From: Acutalibacter intestini
GTDB taxonomy: Bacteria; Bacillota; Clostridia; Oscillospirales; Acutalibacteraceae
Assembly: GCF_034334985.1 (NCBI RefSeq)
Contig: NZ_JAWXXL010000008.1
Location: 65,041 to 89,040, forward strand
Length of the DNA: 24,000 bases
Direction of reading: 5' to 3'
Below the pieces are notes generated by a model. It made no database searches, had not been told where the DNA came from, and was given only the letters and a program-made list of their open reading frames with translations. Below, in pieces: positions 15,277 to 22,358 of this stretch; position 1 is the stretch's first letter; the number at the start of each line of letters is the position of its first letter. Both the position numbers and the translations under genes were made by a program.

Positions 15277-18163
15277 ACAGCCCATACTTTTTCTTAACAT
15301 ACTGGAGAAAATGCTCGATCTCATATTTCGCCTCATCGGGGAGTTTTCTTGCCGTTACCCACTTCGGGATGACAACGTGAGCCGTTCCTTCCTCCTGCCT
15401 GTGAAACGTCGCCTTTTCCCGCTCAAAGTCCAGCTTGAACAGCTTATAACCCTCCGTCACCCAAGCCTCCGCCATGGCGTTCTGGTCGGGCCGGGTGTAC
15501 CAGCGGGAGGTGTGCTTTCTTGCCGATGGGGATAGATCGCGGCCCAGGATCGTTTCAATCTCCTTAAATTTGAGGGTGATAGAGGCGTCGTTCTGTTTTG
15601 CAAACCATTTTTTCAAAGGCATGAACGGCCAGTTCGACCGTAGCGGACCAGGGGCTTTCTCTCTGGCATCCGGGCCGAGGGCAGTGGTCATCTCCTGCGC
15701 TCCATCCACCAGTTCCCTGTGAGTGTAAACGCTGACGTCTCCCAGCACTTCATGAACCGTCAGCTCGTTAGGTCTGCACAGCTCATGCACATAGGCAAAA
15801 TTGGAGGGCAGCGCGGGGCCTGTCGGGTCGATCAGCATCACTTCTCTGGGGTGGTCCGGCAGAATCGGCCTGCCGCAGTAGTAGCAGCGGCCTTGCTGGC
15901 GTTTCCATACTTCTTGATATTTTCCGGTTGCCCCAACGATATTTTTTCGCTCATGGCGGCTCTGAAAGTATTCTATATCAATGTAGGGATTTTTGTTCAG
16001 CAGAATTTTCTCGTAACACTCCACCAGCAAAGTTTCAGAAATCTTTCGGACACGCACACTCCTGTTGTGGGGCAGACTGTATACCGATTTTCCCTTTGAA
16101 TCTGTGTACCAATACTTTGCCCGTAGTTTCGGCGGGTTCATCCGAGGGTGCCGGGCCAAAGCCGCTTTCCACAGGCAGCTCTCCACCAGTTCATCAATCT
16201 CCCGGAACGCGGCCCTAGCGTTAGAGTAGTGGTGATAGGAGGCCCAGCCGGAGAGCTTGCGGTTGATAGAGTCTATCAGGTTCTTCTGAGAGCGATTGTG
16301 GGTGAGTATCAGCTCCTGCAAACCGGCCTTGATCCGGGCTACCGCCGATTGTGAGGGTGTGAGGTGTATATGACCGTTTTCCTTGACGTAATGTCGGGAG
16401 ATGAAATCAAAGCCCTGATAAACGGAAACCACCTTTGTTTTTTCTTCTGAGACCTGCAGACCCCGCTCCGCCAGAAAACTCCGGGTGATTCCTACCATCT
16501 TCTCAGCGTCCTCTCTGCTCTTTGCTGACAGGAAAATGTCGTCCGCAAACCTGACAAGATTTCCGTTCGCGTAATCAGAAACAGGCATACCATTATATAA
16601 GTGCTTGTATATGTACCCTTGCAGCCCGTCCAGTACATGATTTGCCATCATGGGCGAAAGGTTGGCTCCCAGCGATATGCCGGATTCTTCTTCCGGAAAC
16701 AACTCCCCGGCAAACACATGACCGGCGCGAAGAAATTCTCCCAACACTTTCTTATCCATAGGAATATGCTCCATAAGCCAAGTACGCTGTATGTTTGAAT
16801 AATATGCCTTTACATCTATGACAGCAACCCACTTGGGCGGATTTAGCCCCTGCAGGACTTCCAGAATGTAAGCGTGAGCGTCCAGTGCTGAACGCCCCAC
16901 TCGGAACGCAAAGGACTTCTTTTCTCCCCAAGCCTCCAACACCGGGGCCAGGGAAAAGCCGTAAAGTATCTGCATGGCCCGGTCAAAGTAGGTGGGAAGG
17001 CCATAGGTGCGCTCCCTGCCGGTTGGCTTGGACTTTACCTTAATATCCCGCAAGGGCTGGGCGTGGTAGTTCTTGGAGGTCAGCATGAGCGCGGCCCGCA
17101 TTTTCTCTCCAGGCGTTTTCCACTTGATACCATCTACCCCCGGCCCGGAATCGCCGCTGCACACCTTTCGTACTGCAAGCTGCTTGATTTCTGTCCGGCG
17201 GACTAACTGCATTTGCAGTGCCTTTATCTTCTCGCCGTCCCGCTGCTGTGCCGCCAATGCTATCACCTTTTGCAGGCTCGCCAGTATCTGCTCTGCGGCT
17301 GTCCAGTCCGTTTCCTCCCACAGCTCCCCCAGGAACGCATCGGGGAAGTCAATGGAGGGCCGCATGGCGCGCAGCTTGGAGCAATCGAACTTTTCCCCGG
17401 CCACATAGTTCAAGTGGATTTTCAGCTCAATGGGGCAGTGGTCAGAGCCGAAAATCTCCGTGTGATGTTCCACCCCGTGGATTCGTTTCGCCAGATTCCG
17501 GTCAACAAGAAAGTAATCCAGCCGCCAGCCATCATTCTTTGAACGCTTGTCAAAACGCTGGCTCCACCAGGTATAGGCCCCTTCCTGGTCAGGGTGCAGG
17601 AGCCGGAAAGCGTCCACGAATCCGCTGTCTAACAGGGTTTCCAGATTGTCCCTCTCCACTGAAATATATCCCTTTTCCTGGTCCTGGATGCGGGTGTTTT
17701 CCGGGAACACGTCTATGGCGCTGCGGGTGACATTGAAGTCCCCGCATATGATGACCGGCTTGTATTCTTTCAGTTTCTGTACGAAAACAAACAACGCCTC
17801 GTCCCACCGGCCGCGGTAGGCCCGACGTTCCGGGCTGTCCTGCGCGTTGGGGACATAGGCGTTGATAATATAAAATGCCTGGTATTCAAGTGTGATGATG
17901 CGGCCCTCCCGGTCCAGGCTCTCTTGGCCCAGGCCCATCCGCACATCCAGAGGTTCTTCCTTTGCCATCGTCAATACTCCGGCGTAGCCCTCCCGCTTCC
18001 CGGTTTCCCAATAGTGGCGGTATCCCGGCAGCACTTTAGGGCGGCGGTTGGTCCGAACCTCTTGCAGGCACAGGATGTCCGGCTGCAATGCCTCTATCGG
18101 TTCAAACCCATTTTTGTCTATGCAGGCCATAAGGCCGTTGACGTTCCAGCTTATGATTATCAC
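15275..18163 (-). CDS. Fusion protein: ExoIII/APE-type EEP nuclease, group-II-intron-like reverse transcriptase, X/maturase-like domain, degenerate HNH and a C-terminal extension (962 aa).
   Basis: aa 1-250: MIIISWNVNG, ILCLQEV, ICGDFNV, GWRLDYFLV, GSDHCPIEL (the full ExoIII motif set). aa 280-600: DWTAAEQILASLQ (RT0), GVDG, RTYGLPTYFDRAMQ, FAFRVGRSALDA, VIDVKAYYSNI, SLGANLSPMMANHVL, RFADDIF (codons at 16538-16549), EEKTKV..GFDFISRHY. aa 630-650: RKLSGWASYHHYS (X/GIIM-like). aa 759-797: CYYCGRP...EVMLIDP...SNFAYVHELC (HNH-like). The GTG start is supported by alignment to ExoIII N-termini (MK-ISWNVNG). Confidence 0.95.
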   Translation of the reverse strand: MIIISWNVNGLMACIDKNGFEPIEALQPDILCLQEVRTNRRPKVLPGYRHYWETGKREGYAGVLTMAKEEPLDVRMGLGQESLDREGRIITLEYQAFYIINAYVPNAQDSPERRAYRGRWDEALFVFVQKLKEYKPVIICGDFNVTRSAIDVFPENTRIQDQEKGYISVERDNLETLLDSGFVDAFRLLHPDQEGAYTWWSQRFDKRSKNDGWRLDYFLVDRNLAKRIHGVEHHTEIFGSDHCPIELKIHLNYVAGEKFDCSKLRAMRPSIDFPDAFLGELWEETDWTAAEQILASLQKVIALAAQQRDGEKIKALQMQLVRRTEIKQLAVRKVCSGDSGPGVDGIKWKTPGEKMRAALMLTSKNYHAQPLRDIKVKSKPTGRERTYGLPTYFDRAMQILYGFSLAPVLEAWGEKKSFAFRVGRSALDAHAYILEVLQGLNPPKWVAVIDVKAYYSNIQRTWLMEHIPMDKKVLGEFLRAGHVFAGELFPEEESGISLGANLSPMMANHVLDGLQGYIYKHLYNGMPVSDYANGNLVRFADDIFLSAKSREDAEKMVGITRSFLAERGLQVSEEKTKVVSVYQGFDFISRHYVKENGHIHLTPSQSAVARIKAGLQELILTHNRSQKNLIDSINRKLSGWASYHHYSNARAAFREIDELVESCLWKAALARHPRMNPPKLRAKYWYTDSKGKSVYSLPHNRSVRVRKISETLLVECYEKILLNKNPYIDIEYFQSRHERKNIVGATGKYQEVWKRQQGRCYYCGRPILPDHPREVMLIDPTGPALPSNFAYVHELCRPNELTVHEVLGDVSVYTHRELVDGAQEMTTALGPDAREKAPGPLRSNWPFMPLKKWFAKQNDASITLKFKEIETILGRDLSPSARKHTSRWYTRPDQNAMAEAWVTEGYKLFKLDFEREKATFHRQEEGTAHVVIPKWVTARKLPDEAKYEIEHFLQYVKKKYGL

Positions 18164-18169
18164 AAGTCC

Positions 18170-18610
18170 TCACTTCCTCGTTGGATATAAGGTGATGATC
18201 CTCCCCTTTGCCGGTATAGCACAATCCTTACTTTTATGGTTGTCCTTTCTTTGCGCATATTCCAATATAATTTCATCCAATTTGGCAAGCTGCTCCTCCC
18301 TTTCGTACTTATTCATCCCGCGCAGACTTCCGCCAAAGCACTTGTCCATAGCCGCCGGATCGGAATACTCTCTCCAAATTTTGACCCATTCATCTGCTGA
18401 ATCTGTTGTGCCTATATACAGCGGTTCCCCACCCCAGCTATCGTAAGCCAATAGCTGGCCTTTGGATTCCATAAGACGCAGGGTTAGCCTGCCTAAAGCT
18501 GGGAAATGCAGAATTTTCTTTTCAATCAAGTCACCCAAGGTGAATGGAGTTTGCTCCCTCCAATAGTCCTTTAGTATTTTCCGCTGGGTGAATGTAAGGA
18601 AATGTTTCAT
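18170..18610 (-). CDS. Hypothetical protein (146 aa), middle gene of the RT operon.
   Basis: ATG 18610 follows AAGAAAGGTGGA. The stop lies 6 nt before the RT start. MKHFLTFTQRKILKDYWREQTPFTLGDLIEKKILHFPALGRLTLRLMESKGQLLAY could be a winged helix; this is a guess. Confidence 0.65.
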   Translation of the reverse strand: MKHFLTFTQRKILKDYWREQTPFTLGDLIEKKILHFPALGRLTLRLMESKGQLLAYDSWGGEPLYIGTTDSADEWVKIWREYSDPAAMDKCFGGSLRGMNKYEREEQLAKLDEIILEYAQRKDNHKSKDCAIPAKGRIITLYPTRK

Positions 18611-18626
18611 GCAGTATCCACCTTTC

Positions 18627-19097
18627 TTAGGCCATGTTGATAATGGCAAGTCCATGAGTTCGCGCATAGTTGACTGTGTATGCTGTCCCGCCCGTGTTCT
18701 GCATCTGATAGCAGACACAGACACTGCTGCCATCTACCAAATGCCGGTTGCGTTTGTACATACACCCTGACGTGTACTCCTGGCTGACATATTTTACCTT
18801 GTTTGCCCTGCGCTTGATTTCTTCATATCGTGCCACATCTTCAGCTTTCCAGCCCTTTGTCTGATTCAAACATGGCAAAACTAAAATCAACCGCATATTT
18901 TGCAAGCTGCCATCCCGCAGGCGTAGGACTGTTTCGGCTGCGAGGGCATCAAATCCCAAAGCACCCCCAGCGCGATAGTTAATAATACCATTATTATACA
19001 GCTTTATTATAGTCTGTTCCAGCTTTTCTTCTATCAAGGCGTAATCTTTTTCTGGTATGTGTCTGTGGCCGGTAAAACAACAGATTTTTTCACGCAT
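18627..19097 (-). CDS. SLOG-superfamily protein (DUF1273, YpsA/YoqJ-like).
   Basis: ICCFTGHR, AGGALGFDALAAETV, LILVLPCLNQTKGW and KRNRHLVDGSSVCVCY..GGTAY match the YpsA/YoqJ block order, recalled from B. subtilis YpsA. GGAG lies 6 nt before ATG 19097. Confidence 0.78.
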   Translation of the reverse strand: MREKICCFTGHRHIPEKDYALIEEKLEQTIIKLYNNGIINYRAGGALGFDALAAETVLRLRDGSLQNMRLILVLPCLNQTKGWKAEDVARYEEIKRRANKVKYVSQEYTSGCMYKRNRHLVDGSSVCVCYQMQNTGGTAYTVNYARTHGLAIINMA

Positions 19098-19151
19098 GGT
19101 TAGCTCCTTCTGTGTATTCTATTTTGAATATCGCAATTAGAATATATCCAT

Positions 19152-19181
19152 AATATACCAAATGGGATATAATCTTGTCAA
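19152..19181 (-). promoter_or_regulatory. Promoter of the SLOG / unknown / EEP-RT operon.
   Basis: Minus strand: TTGACA (19181-19176), 18 nt, TATATT (19157-19152). A 7-bp inverted repeat, TATTCTA (19115-19121) and TAGAATA (19138-19144), lies just downstream, around the predicted +1. Confidence 0.5.
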
Positions 19182-19197
19182 GAAGGAGGAGGGTGCC

Positions 19198-19374
19198 ATG
19201 CCTAAATTTGTTCCGAGAAAACCGGAGAAGGAAGTAATTTCCATGCGCATTGCCGTTGACACCCTCCGGGAAGTCGATGAAAGGGCCTCTGAATATGGAC
19301 TGAGCCGAAACGAGCTGATGAATCAAATGATTGATTTTGCCCTTGCGAATATGGATGATGTTTCCACAGAGTAG
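19198..19374 (+). CDS. Ribbon-helix-helix (CopG/Arc-type) DNA-binding protein, 58 aa.
   Basis: EVISMRIAVDTLREVDERASEYGLSRNELMNQMIDFAL shows a beta-strand, helix, helix pattern. GGAGGAGG lies 6 nt upstream of ATG 19198. Confidence 0.8.
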   Translation: MPKFVPRKPEKEVISMRIAVDTLREVDERASEYGLSRNELMNQMIDFALANMDDVSTE

Positions 19375-19383
19375 CGTATAGGC

Positions 19384-19412
19384 AGAAAGCGCCGGTTTCC
19401 CCGGCGCTTTCT
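19384..19412. terminator. Bidirectional terminator hairpin.
   Basis: Perfect 12-bp stem AGAAAGCGCCGG / CCGGCGCTTTCT with loop TTTCC, between convergent genes. Confidence 0.75.
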
Positions 19413-19418
19413 TGCATT

Positions 19419-19655
19419 TCAATCTATGAACTGCTCTGGATTAAAGAACAAAGAAGGTTCCACGCCGAAGACTTCAGCTATCTTCTTTACTTTACCCAAA
19501 TCCGGGCAGACTTTGCCCGTCTCATAGTACACATAGCTAGTGCGGGATATGCCCAGTTTTTTGGCTGTTTCCGATTGGCTTAGGCCAGCATTCTTGCGCT
19601 GCATGCGCAGCATTAGACCCAAATTCGTTTGAAATTCTGATTGATAATGCTCCAT
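19419..19655 (-). CDS. XRE-family HTH regulator (78 aa).
   Basis: LRMQRKNAGLSQSETAKKLGISRTSYVYYETGKVCPDLGKVKKIAEVFGV. Its RBS, GGAGG, lies inside the last codons of the upstream gene. Confidence 0.9.
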   Translation of the reverse strand: MEHYQSEFQTNLGLMLRMQRKNAGLSQSETAKKLGISRTSYVYYETGKVCPDLGKVKKIAEVFGVEPSLFFNPEQFID

Positions 19656-19658
19656 TTT

Positions 19659-20093
19659 TTACGCCTCCATTCTTATGTTTTTTAGGGCCTCTTGAATCTC
19701 CGGCAGCGCCTTTATGTCCTTCACACTGTCCCTAGGGCACCAGGCATAGAATACTACTGAGATACCCTCCGAGACAATAAGCCGGCACTCGTAATAGTCG
19801 CTTTCACTGTCATGATAAAAAACCTCATGTCCCCTCATCCCATTGTGCAAAATTTGTGCTATGGGCGAGTAGGGGACAAAGGTTGAACTCTCGTCTGTAA
19901 AAAGAGTCTCCAGGTCCGCCCGTGGGTCATCTTCATCGTCTACGAAAATTTCAAACCATAGATTATATTTTTCCAGCCAGGCCGTAAGCCCATATTCAAA
20001 GGATGCGGCTGCCTCGGTTTCCAGGCATGCTCCTTCCGGCAGCCGGAACGATACGCCGCCAGCATGAAAGCTGCCATTTTTGTATTTAAGCAT
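19659..20093 (-). CDS. Hypothetical acidic protein (144 aa).
   Basis: ATG 20093 follows GGGGGA. The stop lies 3 nt before the XRE gene. No motif recognised. Confidence 0.65.
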   Translation of the reverse strand: MLKYKNGSFHAGGVSFRLPEGACLETEAAASFEYGLTAWLEKYNLWFEIFVDDEDDPRADLETLFTDESSTFVPYSPIAQILHNGMRGHEVFYHDSESDYYECRLIVSEGISVVFYAWCPRDSVKDIKALPEIQEALKNIRMEA

Positions 20094-20210
20094 GAAATCC
20101 CCCTTTTTTCTATAACGCAAATTACATTTGCTATTTAAGTCCATTTGGACTACCGAACAGCTTGCGGATTGCTCACACGCTGGACGAGTAATGCCGCCTT
20201 TGCCTAATCA

Positions 20211-20924
20211 TCACCGGTTTAGATAATCGGCCATAGCATAGATAAATTCCACCGGCATAGGCTTTTCTACAACCTCATGTTTTACAATGCGGCTGTAGAC
20301 CGGCGGGTTCTCAGTAAACCCCCAAATATTACTGACCATACGTTTCAATTCACGGTCTACCACTGCCGGATCTGCTTTTTCGTTAGCTGAAACCCGTTCA
20401 CATATTTCAAGCGTAGTCAAGCGTTCCGGCAAATCAATCACAGCCTCGCGGATGGCGCTCACCAGGAATGGATAACCCTTGTAGGTTTTCTTGATGTTGA
20501 ATTGTTTCAGCGCATCCTCTACGTTGCTTGAAATCTTGTCGTGAGTCTTGGCAAGGAAGTTTGTTTTCAGCCTATGGGCTGCTATCATCTGCTTTTCTTC
20601 TTCACTCAAATCACCCAGCTTTTGGGGGTCCACAGTAGGCATGTGGCGGACTCGCTGCCGGGCCGTTTCGAGGTTCGCATACTCATCCGGGTGAAGAAAG
20701 GACTCCGGCGGGATTTGGAAGATCGCGCCCAGTTTCAGCAAGGTCATTATGTCAGGGCAGATTTTCCCGGTTTCGTAGTTGGTGTAGGTGGCCCGGTTCA
20801 CACAAAGCATGGCCGCTATATCGCCTTGGGTAAAACCGCAGAACATGCGAACCGAGCGCAGCATCCTTTGCAGGTTGTGCTTATACGCCGTTTCCTGTGT
20901 TAGGTTTATCTCAGCTAACGTCAA
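20211..20924 (-). CDS. XRE HTH domain fused to a Spo0A C-terminal-like DNA-binding domain.
   Basis: N-terminus: FCGFTQGDIAAMLCVNRATYTNYETGKICPDIMTLLKLGAIF. C-terminus: YKGYPFLVSAIREAV...VDRELKRMVSNIW...KPMPVEFIYAMADYL, which parallels Spo0A IKGYLYLREAI...VERAIRHAIEVAW...KPTNSEFIAMVADKL (from memory). TTG start lies 7 nt after GAGGTG. Confidence 0.75.
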   Translation of the reverse strand: MTLAEINLTQETAYKHNLQRMLRSVRMFCGFTQGDIAAMLCVNRATYTNYETGKICPDIMTLLKLGAIFQIPPESFLHPDEYANLETARQRVRHMPTVDPQKLGDLSEEEKQMIAAHRLKTNFLAKTHDKISSNVEDALKQFNIKKTYKGYPFLVSAIREAVIDLPERLTTLEICERVSANEKADPAVVDRELKRMVSNIWGFTENPPVYSRIVKHEVVEKPMPVEFIYAMADYLNR

Positions 20925-20951
20925 GTTTATTCACCTCTCTTTGTATAAATT

Positions 20952-20995
20952 AAGGCGGAAGCGGTCCCCTCTTAACTTGGCCACACTTCCGCCTT
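20952..20995. other. 10-bp-stem hairpin between operons; possibly a weak terminator.
   Basis: AAGGCGGAAG (20952-20961) pairs with CTTCCGCCTT (20986-20995), with a 24-nt loop. No clean U-tract on either strand. Confidence 0.35.
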
Positions 20996-21024
20996 TATGT
21001 TTACTTTCCGCCGTATAGGAGCAA

Positions 21025-21279
21025 TCATACCTGCGTTCCGATGGTGATCCAGTAGGGGTCAACCCAATAGCCACGGGTTTCGTTCCACCGGCGTTTCTGC
21101 AGTTTGCCCTGATAGGCCCGGTACTTGGTGACGATTACATCCGCATGGGGCTGAATGTCAGTGCCAGCGGCCTGCGCTGCGAACTGCTCTATGGCTGCAG
21201 CCTGTGCGGTAGCTGTCATTGCGGAAACGGCAATCATCACCGAGAACAGGATTGACAGGAGCTTTCCGGCTTTTTTCAC
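21025..21279 (-). CDS. Small secreted protein (84-aa precursor) with a C-terminal RRWNETRGYWVDPYWI motif.
   Basis: Signal peptide MKKAGKLLSILFSVMIAVSAMTATAQA. The GTG start overlaps the M56 stop (GTGA at 21276-21279). Confidence 0.72.
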   Translation of the reverse strand: MKKAGKLLSILFSVMIAVSAMTATAQAAAIEQFAAQAAGTDIQPHADVIVTKYRAYQGKLQKRRWNETRGYWVDPYWITIGTQV

Positions 21280-22358
21280 GATAATGCACCTCCTTCTTTA
21301 TATATGGCAGAAGTTTCCTCCTGCTGTATTGCTGCTATCTCGGATGCGGAAACAATAAAGTTTCCGCTCTCCGTGCGAAAAATATAGCTGCCGTCCTCTT
21401 GCTGTTCTATGACGCCCTCATGGATAGCGTATTGCCGATAATCAGCGCTCTCCGGCTGATAGGCGGGCTGCAAAAGAATCAGGTAACTCATTAGCAGGGC
21501 CAGCGCAACAATGGCTGTCACAAGATGGCGCGCTGTTCCAGCTCCGGCATCTCTGTATAGGATAAGGTAAAATCGGCTTTTCAGGGACGCCGACGCGAAC
21601 TGGCGGGTCGGGCTGGGATACCGGCTGGCAAATTCCAGCAGAGTCCGGCAATAATATCGTTTGGCGCTGGGGCTGGCCGATTGCAGGGCCTCTGTGTCGC
21701 AACGATGGTCACACAGCCTGACAGCTACCGCACGGCAAATCAGAACACTGGGGTTCCACCAGAACAGGACGCAAATCAGGCAGAGGGCAAAATCCAGCAG
21801 GCCGTCGTGGTGCCTGACATGGGCATATTCATGCCGGAGAATATAATCAAGCTGCTTATGGGTGTAGCTGGTATCAGGCAGCAAGATGGTTTCGCGCCAA
21901 AATCCAATGACACAAGGCGTGAAAACCCTTGGGGTGAAAGCCACCCGCAAGCCAGATATGCCGTGCTTCCGGCAAAACCGCTGTATTCGGTCATCGTCCG
22001 TAACGGGCAGATTTCTCGCCGCCCAAAGTCGAACGGTGTATTTGGGGAGCCATAGGACAAGTCCCAATACTGTCCCCGTAAACCAGATTTCAAAAAACCA
22101 GGTCTCTGGTGTGGGCGAACCTGCCGCCCGGTCGATGAGCTTATGCAGGCGGTTCAATGTGGCTGCGCCGACTTCCTTGGTGACCTGCAGCTCTACCGGC
22201 AGGCAGCACCGGGCCAGCGCTGCGGCAGTGAGCACCACCAGCGGGGTCACCCCAAACCGGCAGAGGAACCATCTGCTCCGGCTCAGAGCGGACAGGCCCA
22301 GGGCCATCAGCCCGCCCCACAGAATACTGTTGAATATGGAATGGATGGTCACGGTCAT
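21276..22358 (-). CDS. Peptidase M56 (BlaR1/MecR1-type) membrane metalloprotease without a penicillin-binding sensor domain.
   Basis: HEXXH within ILRHEYAHVRHHD. Multiple transmembrane helices. Short C-terminal tail of about 60 aa. ATG 22358 overlaps the upstream stop (ATGA). Confidence 0.88.
   Translation of the reverse strand: MTVTIHSIFNSILWGGLMALGLSALSRSRWFLCRFGVTPLVVLTAAALARCCLPVELQVTKEVGAATLNRLHKLIDRAAGSPTPETWFFEIWFTGTVLGLVLWLPKYTVRLWAARNLPVTDDDRIQRFCRKHGISGLRVAFTPRVFTPCVIGFWRETILLPDTSYTHKQLDYILRHEYAHVRHHDGLLDFALCLICVLFWWNPSVLICRAVAVRLCDHRCDTEALQSASPSAKRYYCRTLLEFASRYPSPTRQFASASLKSRFYLILYRDAGAGTARHLVTAIVALALLMSYLILLQPAYQPESADYRQYAIHEGVIEQQEDGSYIFRTESGNFIVSASEIAAIQQEETSAIYKEGGALS

Noticed and set aside
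15275-18163. The RT ORF as the intron-encoded protein of a mobile group II intron.
   Set aside because: The RT and X blocks are intron-like, but the ORF is flanked at 6 nt by an upstream gene and at 54 nt by a convergent gene plus terminator. There is no space for ribozyme domains. No GUGYG 5' end or domain-V-like hairpin was seen in the flanks.
15311-18446. Numerous 60-170-aa ORFs on both strands inside the RT gene, for example 17218-17730, 17073-17408, 15719-16099 and 17040-17321.
   Set aside because: They are shadow frames of a 962-aa ORF whose motifs are continuous. None has an RBS or a recognisable motif.
21276-22358. A BlaR1/MecR1 beta-lactam sensor, i.e. an antibiotic-resistance regulator.
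   Set aside because: Only the M56 protease and transmembrane part is present. The C-terminal penicillin-binding (transpeptidase-like) sensor domain is absent, and no beta-lactamase or PBP2a gene is nearby.
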